A DNA stretch of 64,000 nt. Origin: an uncultured Methanosarcinales archaeon. Lineage in GTDB: Archaea > Nanobdellota > Nanobdellia > Woesearchaeales > DATDXC01. Location: contig CAZDZV010000007.1 in NCBI GenBank assembly GCA_964510025.1, forward strand, positions 1 to 64,000, read 5' to 3'. Below the pieces are notes generated by a model that saw nothing but the letters and a program-made list of their open reading frames with translations, was not told the origin of the DNA and did no database searches. Positions 39,040 to 48,310 of this stretch are shown one piece after another (the stretch's first letter is position 1; every line of letters starts with the position of its first letter). A program made the translations under genes and the position numbers.

Positions 39040-40247
39040 ACTTTTCTCTTTGCCCATGCCTTCAGCCTTAGTGCATTCAACTTTATGAAGCCAATTGCAT
39101 CTTTCTGGTCATAGCCTCCCAGCTCATCCATGGAAGCTGTCTTCTTATCATATAGGCTGTGCCTGCTCTCCCTCCCTTTCACAAAAACGTTTCCCTTGTA
39201 AAGGCTAAGATAGACCTTTCCGGTGACATTCTCCTGGCTCTTTTCCACCATTGCCTTCAGAAGCTCCATCTCAGGGCTATACCAGAATCCAGAATAAACC
39301 AATTGCGAAAATTTCGGGATTAAGCTGTCCCTTATCTGCATCACTTCCCTGTCCATTGTGAGGCCCTCTATGTCAAGGTGCGCTTTCCTCAGTATTGTAG
39401 CCGCCGGGGTTTCGTAGACTCCCCTTGATTTCATGCCGACAAACCGGTCTTCCACCAGGTCTATCCTCCCAATTCCGTTCTTCCCAGCGACCTTATTCAA
39501 GTAGACAAAAAGCCCTAAAGGCTCTGTCCTTGTGACCTTGTTTGTGGTGTCAACTACCTTGACAGGAATGCCGTCTTTAAACTCTATAACCAGGTTGGTC
39601 TCTTTATCAGGTGCTTTTTTCGGACTTACTGTCATCTCGAACGCATCATCCGGCAGTGTATATTTGGGGTCCTCAAGCACGCCTGCCTCATAGCTTATAT
39701 GCATGATATTTGGATCTGAGCTGTAAGGGGATTTCTTGGTTGCCTTGACATGGATGTTGTGCTTTTCTGCATATTTCAGCATATCAGGCCTACCCTTGAA
39801 TTCCTTCAGAAACTCATCATCCTTCCATGGGCTTATTATCTTTACATCAGGCATCAGCGTATAGAACGTGAGCTCAAACCTGACCTGGTCATTGCCCTTG
39901 CCGGTCGCCCCATGCGCAACAATATTTGTCTTTTCCTTTTTTGCTATCTCGATCTGGCGCTTCGCTATCAATGGCCGTGCCAAAGATGTCCCTAGAAGAT
40001 ATTTCCCTTCATAGATAGCATTTGCCTTGACCGCTGGAAAAATGAAATCTGTGATAAACTCTTTCTTAAGGTCTTCAATATAGACTTTTGAGGCTCCGAG
40101 CTTGAGGGCCTTTTTTTCAGCCTCCTTGAAATCCTCTTCCTGGCCCACATCAGCTATGTAGCACACTACCTCGTAGCCCTTGTCTATGAGCCATTTCAGT
40201 ATTACCGATGTGTCTAATCCGCCTGAATATGCCAGTACAACTTTCAT
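39036..40247 (-). CDS. argG: Argininosuccinate synthase
   Basis: [40 protein letters not shown]. Confidence 0.96.
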   Translation of the reverse strand: MKVVLAYSGGLDTSVILKWLIDKGYEVVCYIADVGQEEDFKEAEKKALKLGASKVYIEDLKKEFITDFIFPAVKANAIYEGKYLLGTSLARPLIAKRQIEIAKKEKTNIVAHGATGKGNDQVRFELTFYTLMPDVKIISPWKDDEFLKEFKGRPDMLKYAEKHNIHVKATKKSPYSSDPNIMHISYEAGVLEDPKYTLPDDAFEMTVSPKKAPDKETNLVIEFKDGIPVKVVDTTNKVTRTEPLGLFVYLNKVAGKNGIGRIDLVEDRFVGMKSRGVYETPAATILRKAHLDIEGLTMDREVMQIRDSLIPKFSQLVYSGFWYSPEMELLKAMVEKSQENVTGKVYLSLYKGNVFVKGRESRHSLYDKKTASMDELGGYDQKDAIGFIKLNALRLKAWAKRKV

Positions 40248-41215
40248 TTTAAACCTACCTCCTCATCAATCTTAAACATTATGTTCATGTTCTGGACAGC
40301 CTGCCCGACCGCTCCCTTTATCAGGTTATCCATTACAGCCACAACAACAAGCTGGTTGTTCTCATCAATATCAAAGCCGCCCATAATGCATTTGTTAGTC
40401 TTCTGGATTTCGTGCAAATCTGGTATCTTATCTGTGACCTCGACAAAAGGCTTGCTGCTGTAATAGTTACTGTACATCGCCTTTATTTCTTCCGGATCCT
40501 TGTGCCTCTTTAGGATGAAATGGGCAGTGCACATGATACCCTGGTATGTGTTTATCACATGGGGCGTGAAGCTTACCCTGGATTTGATAAACTGCTCAAC
40601 CTCGTACTTGTGGCGGTGCTTTGTAAGCTTATAGGCCTGGATATTGTCTTTGATGATCGACGGATCCCTGAAATACTCTGAATTTTTTCCTGCTCCGCTA
40701 TAGCCGGATTTGCAGTCAAAGATGATGTTCCTTGCAAGCTTATAGGCCGGATAAGCTGATAATATGCATGCTGTTGCATAGCATCCCGGATTTGCCACTA
40801 TCCTTGATGTCTTGATCTTGTTCCTGAAAAGCTCGGGAAGCCCGTATGCTGCCTTTGTTTTCTTGTCCTTATGCATGACCCCATAGACACTCTCATAAAC
40901 CTCGGGCTTCTTGAAACGGTAGTCTGCGCTGAGATCTACTATCTTGGGCTTCAGCCATGGAACATAGTCCATAGCTGTCCTATGGGGAACGCACAAAAAT
41001 ACGATATCCAGGCCAAGCCCGTTTATCTTGACATCTGACAGGTCGCTGTATGCCATCTCCTCATCCTCGAAATCTTTCCAGACATCCTTGACCTTTTTTC
41101 CGGCGCAGCTCCTGCTGTTCAGCAGTTTTATCTCTACCTCAGGATGCTTCTTGAGCAGTTTTGTAAGCTCATATCCTGTTATTCCTGATGCTCCGATTAC
41201 TCCTGCCCTTATCAT
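40244..41215 (-). CDS. argC: N-acetyl-gamma-glutamyl-phosphate reductase
   Basis: GASG, DLSADYR, YGLPE, ANPGCY, DNLIKGA; ATG 41215 overlaps the upstream stop. Confidence 0.93.
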   Translation of the reverse strand: MIRAGVIGASGITGYELTKLLKKHPEVEIKLLNSRSCAGKKVKDVWKDFEDEEMAYSDLSDVKINGLGLDIVFLCVPHRTAMDYVPWLKPKIVDLSADYRFKKPEVYESVYGVMHKDKKTKAAYGLPELFRNKIKTSRIVANPGCYATACILSAYPAYKLARNIIFDCKSGYSGAGKNSEYFRDPSIIKDNIQAYKLTKHRHKYEVEQFIKSRVSFTPHVINTYQGIMCTAHFILKRHKDPEEIKAMYSNYYSSKPFVEVTDKIPDLHEIQKTNKCIMGGFDIDENNQLVVVAVMDNLIKGAVGQAVQNMNIMFKIDEEVGLK

Positions 41216-41955
41216 CTTAAAAACAACAGCTTGATGGCAAACACTATTGATAAGGCTATCAATAAATATTTTACCCATTCTGCTCCCTTTTTTATTGTTA
41301 TATGGCTTCCGAGCCATGAGCCGCCGAGATATACCACGCCTATAGGTATAGCTACCTTATAGTCTATATAGCCGCCCCAGGCAAACACCAGAAAACCGCC
41401 TAAAGCAGCAAATAGCTCTATGAACCTTAAGCTGCCGATAGCCTCTACAAGATCTTTTCTGAACAGAGCAATGAACACTATGATCGAGAATACTGTGGAG
41501 GCAGCTGCATAAAATCCTATGTATATCCCGATTACGAAAAAGTATGCCAGCCCTAGGATTATTGCTTTCTTTCCAATCTTCTTTTTCCCCAGCTTCATCC
41601 CGAAATCCTTCTTCAGCAGAAGAAATGCAGCTATGACTATCATAAGGATCGCTATTGTTGTCTGCAGTATATCTTCACTTATCTGTATGACAATAAAGCT
41701 GCCGATTATGCTTCCAAAAAATACGACTATAGCAAAAGGCCAGCTTAGCTTCAGGTCCACTTTCTTATGCCTTAAGAAATTCACAAAACTTAGGTTTATC
41801 GAAAGGCTCGTTATCTTTGTGATTCCAAGTATATAATATATATCAAACCCTAAAAAAAGCAGGGCAGGGATGAACAGGAGGTATGATCCCCCGACCATGC
41901 CGCCTATGATCCCGGAGATGAAAGCTATGATGCCTGCAGCTGCTACCGGGTCCAT
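41212..41955 (-). CDS. TauE/SafE (TSUP) family membrane transporter
   Basis: About 8 TM, GGMVGG N-terminal motif, GIYIGF repeat, GSWLGS. Confidence 0.75.
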   Translation of the reverse strand: MDPVAAAGIIAFISGIIGGMVGGSYLLFIPALLFLGFDIYYILGITKITSLSINLSFVNFLRHKKVDLKLSWPFAIVVFFGSIIGSFIVIQISEDILQTTIAILMIVIAAFLLLKKDFGMKLGKKKIGKKAIILGLAYFFVIGIYIGFYAAASTVFSIIVFIALFRKDLVEAIGSLRFIELFAALGGFLVFAWGGYIDYKVAIPIGVVYLGGSWLGSHITIKKGAEWVKYLLIALSIVFAIKLLFLR

Positions 41956-43091
41956 TTTAGGGCCTCCCCGACAGTATACACAGCTTCATCGATCTGTTCC
42001 TTCGCCACGATAAGTGCCGGAAGAAACCTTAGTATATTTTCAGTGGGATTATTTACCAGAAGCCCGAGCTCAGCGCATTTCTTCACAGTTGCTTTTGCTA
42101 CATCATCCTTAAGCTCCGCCCCCACCATAAGCCCCTTGCCTTTGGCCCTCTTTATTCCATCCATGGAACCTAGTTTCTCCATGAAATAATCTCCCATCTT
42201 GGCTGCGTTATCCATGAGGTTGTTCTCAAGGATATAGTCTATTGTTGCGTTTGCAGCTGCGCATGCCAGGTTGTTTCCCCCAAAAGTCGATGCATGGTCG
42301 CCCTTGTCAAATTCGATTCCCTTGGACATGCAGACCCCTATAGGTACCCCATTTGCCAGCCCTTTGGCTGCTGTGACAATATCCGGCTTCACATCTTCAT
42401 GCAGGAAGGCAAAAAACCTGCCGGTCCTGCCGTTGCCGGACTGGACCTCATCAACTATCATCAATATCCCGTTATCCCTGGATATCTTCCCCAATTTCTT
42501 AAGGTATCCTTTGTCCGGCACTATGATCCCTGCCTCTCCCTGTATTGGCTCTACGATAACTGCTGCAATATCTCCTGTGATTTTCTTCTCGACCGCCTCT
42601 GGGTCATTATAGTCCACAAACTCAACGTCCGGCGCAAGGGGCTCAAATTTCTGCTTATATTTTGCCTTCCAGGTGGCAGCCAAGCTTCCAGTTGTCCTGC
42701 CATGGAAAGAATCCTTAAAAGCTATGAACTTGTTCTTCCCTGTTGCTTTTTTTGCCAGTTTGATTGCAGCTTCATTTGCTTCTGTGCCTGAGTTGCAGAA
42801 AAAGCACTTTTCTAGCTGGCTCAGCTTTGCAAGCTTCTCTGCCAGCTCGACTTGCGGCTCAGTATAATAGAGGTTGCTCACCTGTATAAGCTTTTTTGCC
42901 TGTTTGCATATGGCTTCTGTAACAGCCCTGTTTGCGTGGCCGACCGGCACACAGGCGATGCCTGTAATGAAATCAAGATACTTCTTTCCCTGCTTGTCAA
43001 AAACATAGCACCCTTTCCCATGATCCAGGAAAATGTCCCTGGTATAGGTGTGCATGATATGCTTTTTTTCCAGTTCCTTAAGCGACTCCAT
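41943..43091 (-). CDS. argD: Acetylornithine aminotransferase
   Basis: NSGTEANEAA, FHGRT, EPIQGE, DEVQSG-GRTG, AKGL. Confidence 0.92.
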   Translation of the reverse strand: MESLKELEKKHIMHTYTRDIFLDHGKGCYVFDKQGKKYLDFITGIACVPVGHANRAVTEAICKQAKKLIQVSNLYYTEPQVELAEKLAKLSQLEKCFFCNSGTEANEAAIKLAKKATGKNKFIAFKDSFHGRTTGSLAATWKAKYKQKFEPLAPDVEFVDYNDPEAVEKKITGDIAAVIVEPIQGEAGIIVPDKGYLKKLGKISRDNGILMIVDEVQSGNGRTGRFFAFLHEDVKPDIVTAAKGLANGVPIGVCMSKGIEFDKGDHASTFGGNNLACAAANATIDYILENNLMDNAAKMGDYFMEKLGSMDGIKRAKGKGLMVGAELKDDVAKATVKKCAELGLLVNNPTENILRFLPALIVAKEQIDEAVYTVGEALKWTR

Positions 43092-43914
43092 TTTTTACGA
43101 TCTCGGTTCCTATGCCTTTGTCGGTGAATATCTCCAGCAATATGCTGTGCTTGTGGGTTCCATCTATGAGGTGTGCTTTCCTCACTCCCTTGTTGACAGC
43201 ATTCACGCATGCAAGGACCTTTGGTATCATGCCCTTTGAGATAACACCCCATTTTATGTCCCTTTCTGCGTTCTGTATGCTTAGATGGGTTATCAGCCTT
43301 CCGTTCTCATATACGCCCTCGACATTTGTGAGCATGGTAAGCTTTTCCGCATCCACTACCTCTGCAACCTTTGTGGCGACTGTGTCGGCGTTTACGTTAT
43401 TCATATTGGTCCCGTCATGGCCAACAGGGCTGATCACAGGTATTATCCCTTTCTTTATCCTGTCCATGATCTTTTTCTTGTCTATGGAGGATATCTCTCC
43501 CACAAGGCCTAGCTCCTTATTGATGATCTTTGTCTGTATGAGCCCTGCAGTCAGGTTTTCAGCTTTGCAGTTCTCTGCTGCAAGCAGATCCACCATCTCC
43601 CTGTTTATTTTGCTGCAGACCTTGCTGACTATGTCCATTGTCTTCTTGTCGGTATATCTCAGTCCATGCACAAACCTTGGCTTTATATGCGCCTTCTGCA
43701 TCTCCCGGTTTATTGTCGGGCCGCCGCCGTGCACAACGATGGGGCTTATGCCTACATGGCTCAGCAGAGCTATGTCTCCGACAACTGATTTCTTTATCTC
43801 CTGGTCTGTCATAGCGTTGCCGCCGTACTTTATGACGAAGATGCTGCCTGAATATTTCTTTATGTACGGCAGTGCCTCGATAAGCACCTCTGCTTTCTTC
43901 TGCACTATAAACAT
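43078..43914 (-). CDS. argB: Acetylglutamate kinase
   Basis: LIEALPYI, VIKYGGNAM, VHGGGP, NVNAD, GMIPK, GIGT. Confidence 0.93.
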   Translation of the reverse strand: MFIVQKKAEVLIEALPYIKKYSGSIFVIKYGGNAMTDQEIKKSVVGDIALLSHVGISPIVVHGGGPTINREMQKAHIKPRFVHGLRYTDKKTMDIVSKVCSKINREMVDLLAAENCKAENLTAGLIQTKIINKELGLVGEISSIDKKKIMDRIKKGIIPVISPVGHDGTNMNNVNADTVATKVAEVVDAEKLTMLTNVEGVYENGRLITHLSIQNAERDIKWGVISKGMIPKVLACVNAVNKGVRKAHLIDGTHKHSILLEIFTDKGIGTEIVKNGVA

Positions 43915-43915
43915 C

Positions 43916-45076
43916 TTACGTAGAGTATTCTGCATTTATCTGGACATAGTCATAGCTCATGTCGCATCCGTATGCAGTCGCCTCCCTCCTGCCCGACTTA
44001 AGGTCTATGATAATGTTAACCTTATCTGACCTTAGCAGCTTTGAAATCTTCCTTTTGTCGAAATTCTCAACCTCAATGCCATTTTTCACTATCGCCTTGC
44101 CCTGAAGGTATATGTCGACCTTATCTTCCTCAAAATGCGCATCCGAGTTGCCTGCGGCGCAGATTATCCTTCCCCAGTTAGGGTCATTGCCGAACATTGC
44201 GCATTTCACAAGGTCTGAAGAGACCACCATCCTGGCGATCTTTTTGGCATCCTTCTCTGCTTTGGCGTTCTTTACCTGCACCTCTATAAGCTTGGTGGAT
44301 CCTTCACCGTCTGCCGCTATCTTTATTGCCATCTCCCTGCATACATAAGTCAGGGCATCCTGAAAGCTCTTCCTGTCTGTATTCTTGGTATTGCTGCTCA
44401 TCAGGATTACCATGTCTGAGGTTGAAGTGTCTGTATCGATCGATATCATGTTGAAGCTCTCATCAGCGGCCTTGGCCAGGAATTTCTTGAGCTCTTTGGC
44501 CGGGAAATCTGCATCTGTTGTGATGAAGCAAAGCATCGTCGCCATGTTCGGATGCACCATCCCAGAGCCTTTTGCGATGGCGCCGATAGTGAACGTGTCT
44601 GACTTTACAGCCAGCTCTTTCTTTAAGGTATCAGTTGTCATGATGGCCTCTGCAGCATGATGGCTCTTCTTAAGGTCCCTGGCCAGGCCCTTCATCCCCT
44701 TCCTGATTATGTCCATAGGCAGGGGTTTTCCGATTATGCCGGTGGAAGCCAGAAGCACATCCTGCTTCCTTATCTTAAGCTCTGCAGCAGCCATTGCGCA
44801 CATCTCATCTGCATCGTCTATGCCTGCCTGGCCTGTAGCGACATTTGCATTGCCTGAATTGATTACTATCGCCTGGGCTTTGCCGTCTTTAAGGTGGGCC
44901 ATATTGACATGAAGGGGGGCCCCCTTCACCTTGTTCTTTGTGTATATTGCTGCTGTACTGCATACCTTGTCGCAATAGATGACTGCAAGGTCCTTTTTGC
45001 CTTTCTTGATGCCTATATGCTTGCCCAATGCTGTAAATCCCTCTACAGCTGCAACATTATCCTTTAGAAACTTCAT
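43916..45076 (-). CDS. argJ: Ornithine acetyltransferase
   Basis: NSGNAN, STGIIG, IMTTD, KGSGM-HPNMATML, DGEG, DPNWGR. Confidence 0.95.
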   Translation of the reverse strand: MKFLKDNVAAVEGFTALGKHIGIKKGKKDLAVIYCDKVCSTAAIYTKNKVKGAPLHVNMAHLKDGKAQAIVINSGNANVATGQAGIDDADEMCAMAAAELKIRKQDVLLASTGIIGKPLPMDIIRKGMKGLARDLKKSHHAAEAIMTTDTLKKELAVKSDTFTIGAIAKGSGMVHPNMATMLCFITTDADFPAKELKKFLAKAADESFNMISIDTDTSTSDMVILMSSNTKNTDRKSFQDALTYVCREMAIKIAADGEGSTKLIEVQVKNAKAEKDAKKIARMVVSSDLVKCAMFGNDPNWGRIICAAGNSDAHFEEDKVDIYLQGKAIVKNGIEVENFDKRKISKLLRSDKVNIIIDLKSGRREATAYGCDMSYDYVQINAEYST

Positions 45077-45942
45077 TTCAGTAGCTCCAGTATAAGCGCT
45101 TTCTGCGCATGCATCCTGTTCTCAGCCTGGTCAAATACGATGCTCTGCTTTGAGTCCAGCACATCGTCCGTCACCTCATGTCCCCTGTAGGCTGGAAGGC
45201 AGTGCATAAACAGCGCCTTGCCCAGGATCCTCTTGTTTACCTGGTAAGGGGGGAATACCTTTTTCCTCCTGGCTGCTTCCTCTTCCTGGCCCATGGATAT
45301 CCATGTGTCAGTATACACGACATCTGCTGCCTTAGCTGCTTTTTTGGGATCAGCTGTAAGCTCCGGCTTGTATTTCCTGACTATATCCTTCAACGGCCTG
45401 TATCCTTCGGGTGTTGCAACAGCAATCTTCATGCCTGCCTTTGTGCAGCCTATGATAAGCGAGTTGCATACATTGTTGCCGTCCCCCAGATATGCCAGCT
45501 TCAGCCCCTTTAATCTGCCGAATTTCTCTTTTATCGTCATCAAATCTGCCAGTATCTGGCATGGATGGTACTTGTCGCACAAGGCGTTGATTACAGGCAC
45601 ATCCGAATTGGCCGCTATCTCCCTGATTGTCTCCTTCTTGTATACACGGGCCATGATAACATCAGCATACCTCGCTATGCACTTAGCCTCATCCTTCAGC
45701 GACGCCTTCTTTAGCTGGGTGGTCTTCCAGTCAAGAAATATTGCATGCCCGCCGAGCTGTGTCATCCCTGCCTCAAAGCTCAGCCTTGTTCTTGTGGATG
45801 TCTTTTCAAATAGCATCACCAACACCTTGTTGTCAAGCTTTCGGTGATATCTTTCTGGATTCTTTTTAAGGGCTATAGCATTATCTATCAGCTTTTCTAT
45901 CTGCTTTCCGGAAATATCCTGCAGTGTGATAAGATTTTTCAT
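45073..45942 (-). CDS. argF: Ornithine carbamoyltransferase
   Basis: STRTR, HPCQ, DGNN, SMG, HCLP, QAENR. Confidence 0.95.
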   Translation of the reverse strand: MKNLITLQDISGKQIEKLIDNAIALKKNPERYHRKLDNKVLVMLFEKTSTRTRLSFEAGMTQLGGHAIFLDWKTTQLKKASLKDEAKCIARYADVIMARVYKKETIREIAANSDVPVINALCDKYHPCQILADLMTIKEKFGRLKGLKLAYLGDGNNVCNSLIIGCTKAGMKIAVATPEGYRPLKDIVRKYKPELTADPKKAAKAADVVYTDTWISMGQEEEAARRKKVFPPYQVNKRILGKALFMHCLPAYRGHEVTDDVLDSKQSIVFDQAENRMHAQKALILELLK

Positions 45943-45997
45943 ATGCCTTAATCTTTGAGAATTTATTTATAAACCTATCGACTCATTCTGGACAAAA

Positions 45998-46013
45998 TGG
46001 ACAAATATGTCTA
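45998..46013. promoter_or_regulatory. Palindrome TGGACA-AATA-TGTCTA upstream of the argF promoter
   Basis: GACA-N4-TGTC core shared with 48015 and 48055; argF TATA at 45966-45973. Confidence 0.5.
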
Positions 46014-46022
46014 GAATTAGAC

Positions 46023-46695
46023 TTAAGCTTTTCTTGGTTCACGCATTGAGACATCAAAGCTCTCAACCTTTACTTTGGCCCCGCTTCTGTAGCCTAATCT
46101 TGCTGGCAAGGTTGCAAGCAATTCTGCTGCCTTATCTCGATATGTTACTTCTGGGGCAATAATCTTCTTCGCTGACCGCCCCAAAAAGACGGCTTCTGCC
46201 CCTGACCGTCAGACCATCTTCTCCGGCTGTATAGGATCCTCCGCCTTTGTGGCGAATGTTCAATCTAATGCCTGATCCATGGATAACACAACAATCTGAG
46301 GCATAGTAACTTCCGGCGCCTGGTTTGTTATTCAAAGGCCAGCTTCCCGGAAGTGTATCAAAATAATCCAAGACACTGGTCCAGACGTCTGCCAAAAATC
46401 CGTGAGCCACATCATGATGATCCCTATAATGGCCTTCAAAACCTCTTAGAAATACCCGCCGATATACTGGTTGCCTAGCTCTCTGCCTGTCAGACAGTGC
46501 GACCTCTAAAACAAGATATTTGCCCATCTCCCCATTTTTAGACAAACCTTGCCCCCTTTTTGCCAGAACCTGTCTTCTTTTTTCATCAAGAACACTATCA
46601 ATGGTCTGTAGACCCTCAACAGTCCTGGCTATAACTATACGGGGATCATTCTGCCAGCTGCTTTCTGTATGATCCTCCACTTCAGTTGAACCCAT
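46023..46695 (-). CDS. PHPT1/Janus/Ocnus-like phosphohistidine phosphatase homolog with apparent frameshift at 46179-46182 (uncorrected ORF 46132-46695)
   Basis: KYLVLEV ... LRG ... HHDV ... GGG ... VRGRS-FG in the same order as PHPT1 motifs; an alternative frame stays open to TAA at 46023. Confidence 0.55.
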
Positions 46696-46828
46696 ATTAG
46701 CCTTCGAATTATTTTCAATATATAAATCTTTTGTTTAATGTTACTTTTAAGTAGTTAAATTTTATTAAAATAAGTAATTACTAACTAGTAACGATACATT
46801 TATAAAGAGATCCTGATTAGCCAGCTTT

Positions 46829-47308
46829 ATGCAGCTAAGATCACTTTATGAAGCACTATCCTGCCATGATAGTGTGAGATACTGTACTCCTGGATATATG
46901 GCTGTAGCTAGGGGAGCAAAGACAACTCAGGTTGAAGTTGGAGAACAACTGGAGATAGCTAGGCATGATCAGAGAGAGATCCTCACTCTAGGATGTGACG
47001 CCGATACCACAAAAATAACCTATTCTGGGGACATTGCCGAAATGCTCGCAACTTTAGATGAACTGCAGCTGCCTAGCGCTCACTCCGGGAATTTGGGCTA
47101 TAATGTTTTCAGGCTGTTCCAGGCTAGGATTGAGGGCCATCAGGAAAAAGGTCTTAGAGGCGAAGATGATATTATTATGACTGTTGAGACTGCACCTGGA
47201 AGGGTAGGGGAGCTCCAGGAAACCCTGGACAGGCTTTGTAGGATCTACGCTGCCCGGAAGGCTGCACGCTCAGGGGCTGTTCCCAGCGCCCTTTCAAATG
47301 CACCATGA
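46829..47308 (+). CDS. Hypothetical protein
   Basis: 159-aa ORF 22 nt after TTTATAAA (46799-46806), consistent with a leaderless transcript. Confidence 0.65.
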   Translation: MQLRSLYEALSCHDSVRYCTPGYMAVARGAKTTQVEVGEQLEIARHDQREILTLGCDADTTKITYSGDIAEMLATLDELQLPSAHSGNLGYNVFRLFQARIEGHQEKGLRGEDDIIMTVETAPGRVGELQETLDRLCRIYAARKAARSGAVPSALSNAP

Positions 47309-47970
47309 TCTTTGACACTGAATAGATAATAAAGCTTGTTGGAGCCGTGGCCTGCGATTATCCTGACCTGGTCTGACCTTCTTCCGATCTCATCCCAGCC
47401 ATGTTTAGCTGTTTTTCTCCTGTGCATCAGTCCAGGCCATAGAAGAAGCCTGTTCAGTACAGCTAATTCTTGTAGGCTGAGCTTTCTTAGCTTATTCACA
47501 AAAGAATCCTTCCCTTCTGTGTTATAGAGGTACATGCCTCCAGGCCCGATCTCCTTGTCCAGGATAAACCTTATGAGCTGCTCTTTTGTTATGGAAGTAA
47601 AGGACAGTATATCCGGATCAAACATCACCTTTAGCCCGTTGCCTATCCTGGAAAGCCCATGAAGAAATCTTTTCGCTATTTTACGCCTGTAGGCAGACAC
47701 AGGCTGGCCTGATACTACCATAGCCATGCCCAGTGACCACTGGCATCGCCTATATCCTATCTCAATATCAGGAATCTCATGATAGCTGACCCAGCCATAG
47801 AAAGTCTCAAGACACTCCCGGTAGCTCCTGATTATGCCTGGGTTCACTTCAAACCTGAAAGCCTCTATTATAGCGTTTATCTGGTTTTCATCAGAGATGA
47901 AGTCAAAGTCTTGCCTTGACAGGATTGAACGGAACATCGCCAGCCTGGCTATGATTCTTCTGCAGCCCAT
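47245..47970 (-). CDS. Hypothetical protein, possible C-terminal RelE/ParE-like domain
   Basis: TATA at 47994-48001; C-terminal SFVNKLRKL ... P ... DQVRII ... YYL-SVKDH pattern. Confidence 0.6.
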   Translation of the reverse strand: MGCRRIIARLAMFRSILSRQDFDFISDENQINAIIEAFRFEVNPGIIRSYRECLETFYGWVSYHEIPDIEIGYRRCQWSLGMAMVVSGQPVSAYRRKIAKRFLHGLSRIGNGLKVMFDPDILSFTSITKEQLIRFILDKEIGPGGMYLYNTEGKDSFVNKLRKLSLQELAVLNRLLLWPGLMHRRKTAKHGWDEIGRRSDQVRIIAGHGSNKLYYLFSVKDHGAFERALGTAPERAAFRAA

Positions 47971-48012
47971 ATTGCTGATGATAGCGATAATGCTATATAA
48001 ATTTTACTGCCT

Positions 48013-48068
48013 TCGACATCAATGTCTAGAAATGATATGCCTATTTAAATAAGAGACAGTTATGTCCA
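48013..48068. promoter_or_regulatory. Two GACA-N4-TGTC palindromes (48015-48026, 48055-48066) in a divergent promoter
   Basis: Each lies 12-13 bp upstream of a TATA box (47994-48001 on minus, 48079-48086 on plus). Confidence 0.55.
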
Positions 48069-48108
48069 AAACAAAACATTTAAATATGAGCTGTCTCAGT
48101 ATATCCTT

Positions 48109-48195
48109 GAGCGGTGTGTTTAATTATAGGGTACCGTAGAGATCAAACATACACGCTCCATCTCATGGGGGCCATGCGAACATGGCCTCTCTTAT
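48109..48195 (+). ncRNA. Candidate structured RNA or leader with two hairpins
   Basis: Stems 48109-48121/48145-48158 and 48167-48176/48181-48190; G-U wobbles favour the + strand; begins 22 nt after a TATA box. Confidence 0.4.
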
Positions 48196-48310
48196 TATCA
48201 TGCAAACTAACTTATCAAAATTCATGGATCTGACTGCGATTTGGCTAAATCCAGCGATAATACATACAGTAAGGACATCGACAATCACAAAAAAAAGACG
48301 CAAATAAAGA

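Noticed and set aside
41216..41317. N-terminal extension of argC
   Set aside because: Overlaps the TSUP gene; ATGA coupling marks 41215 as the start
43112..44029. 305-aa plus-strand ORF
   Set aside because: Antisense shadow of argB/argJ with no recognisable motifs; the same applies to many antisense ORFs over gap, hppA and hydA
48109..48160. Hairpin ending CGCTCCA as a tRNA or split-tRNA half
   Set aside because: No D arm or T-loop consensus, and acceptor geometry does not fit
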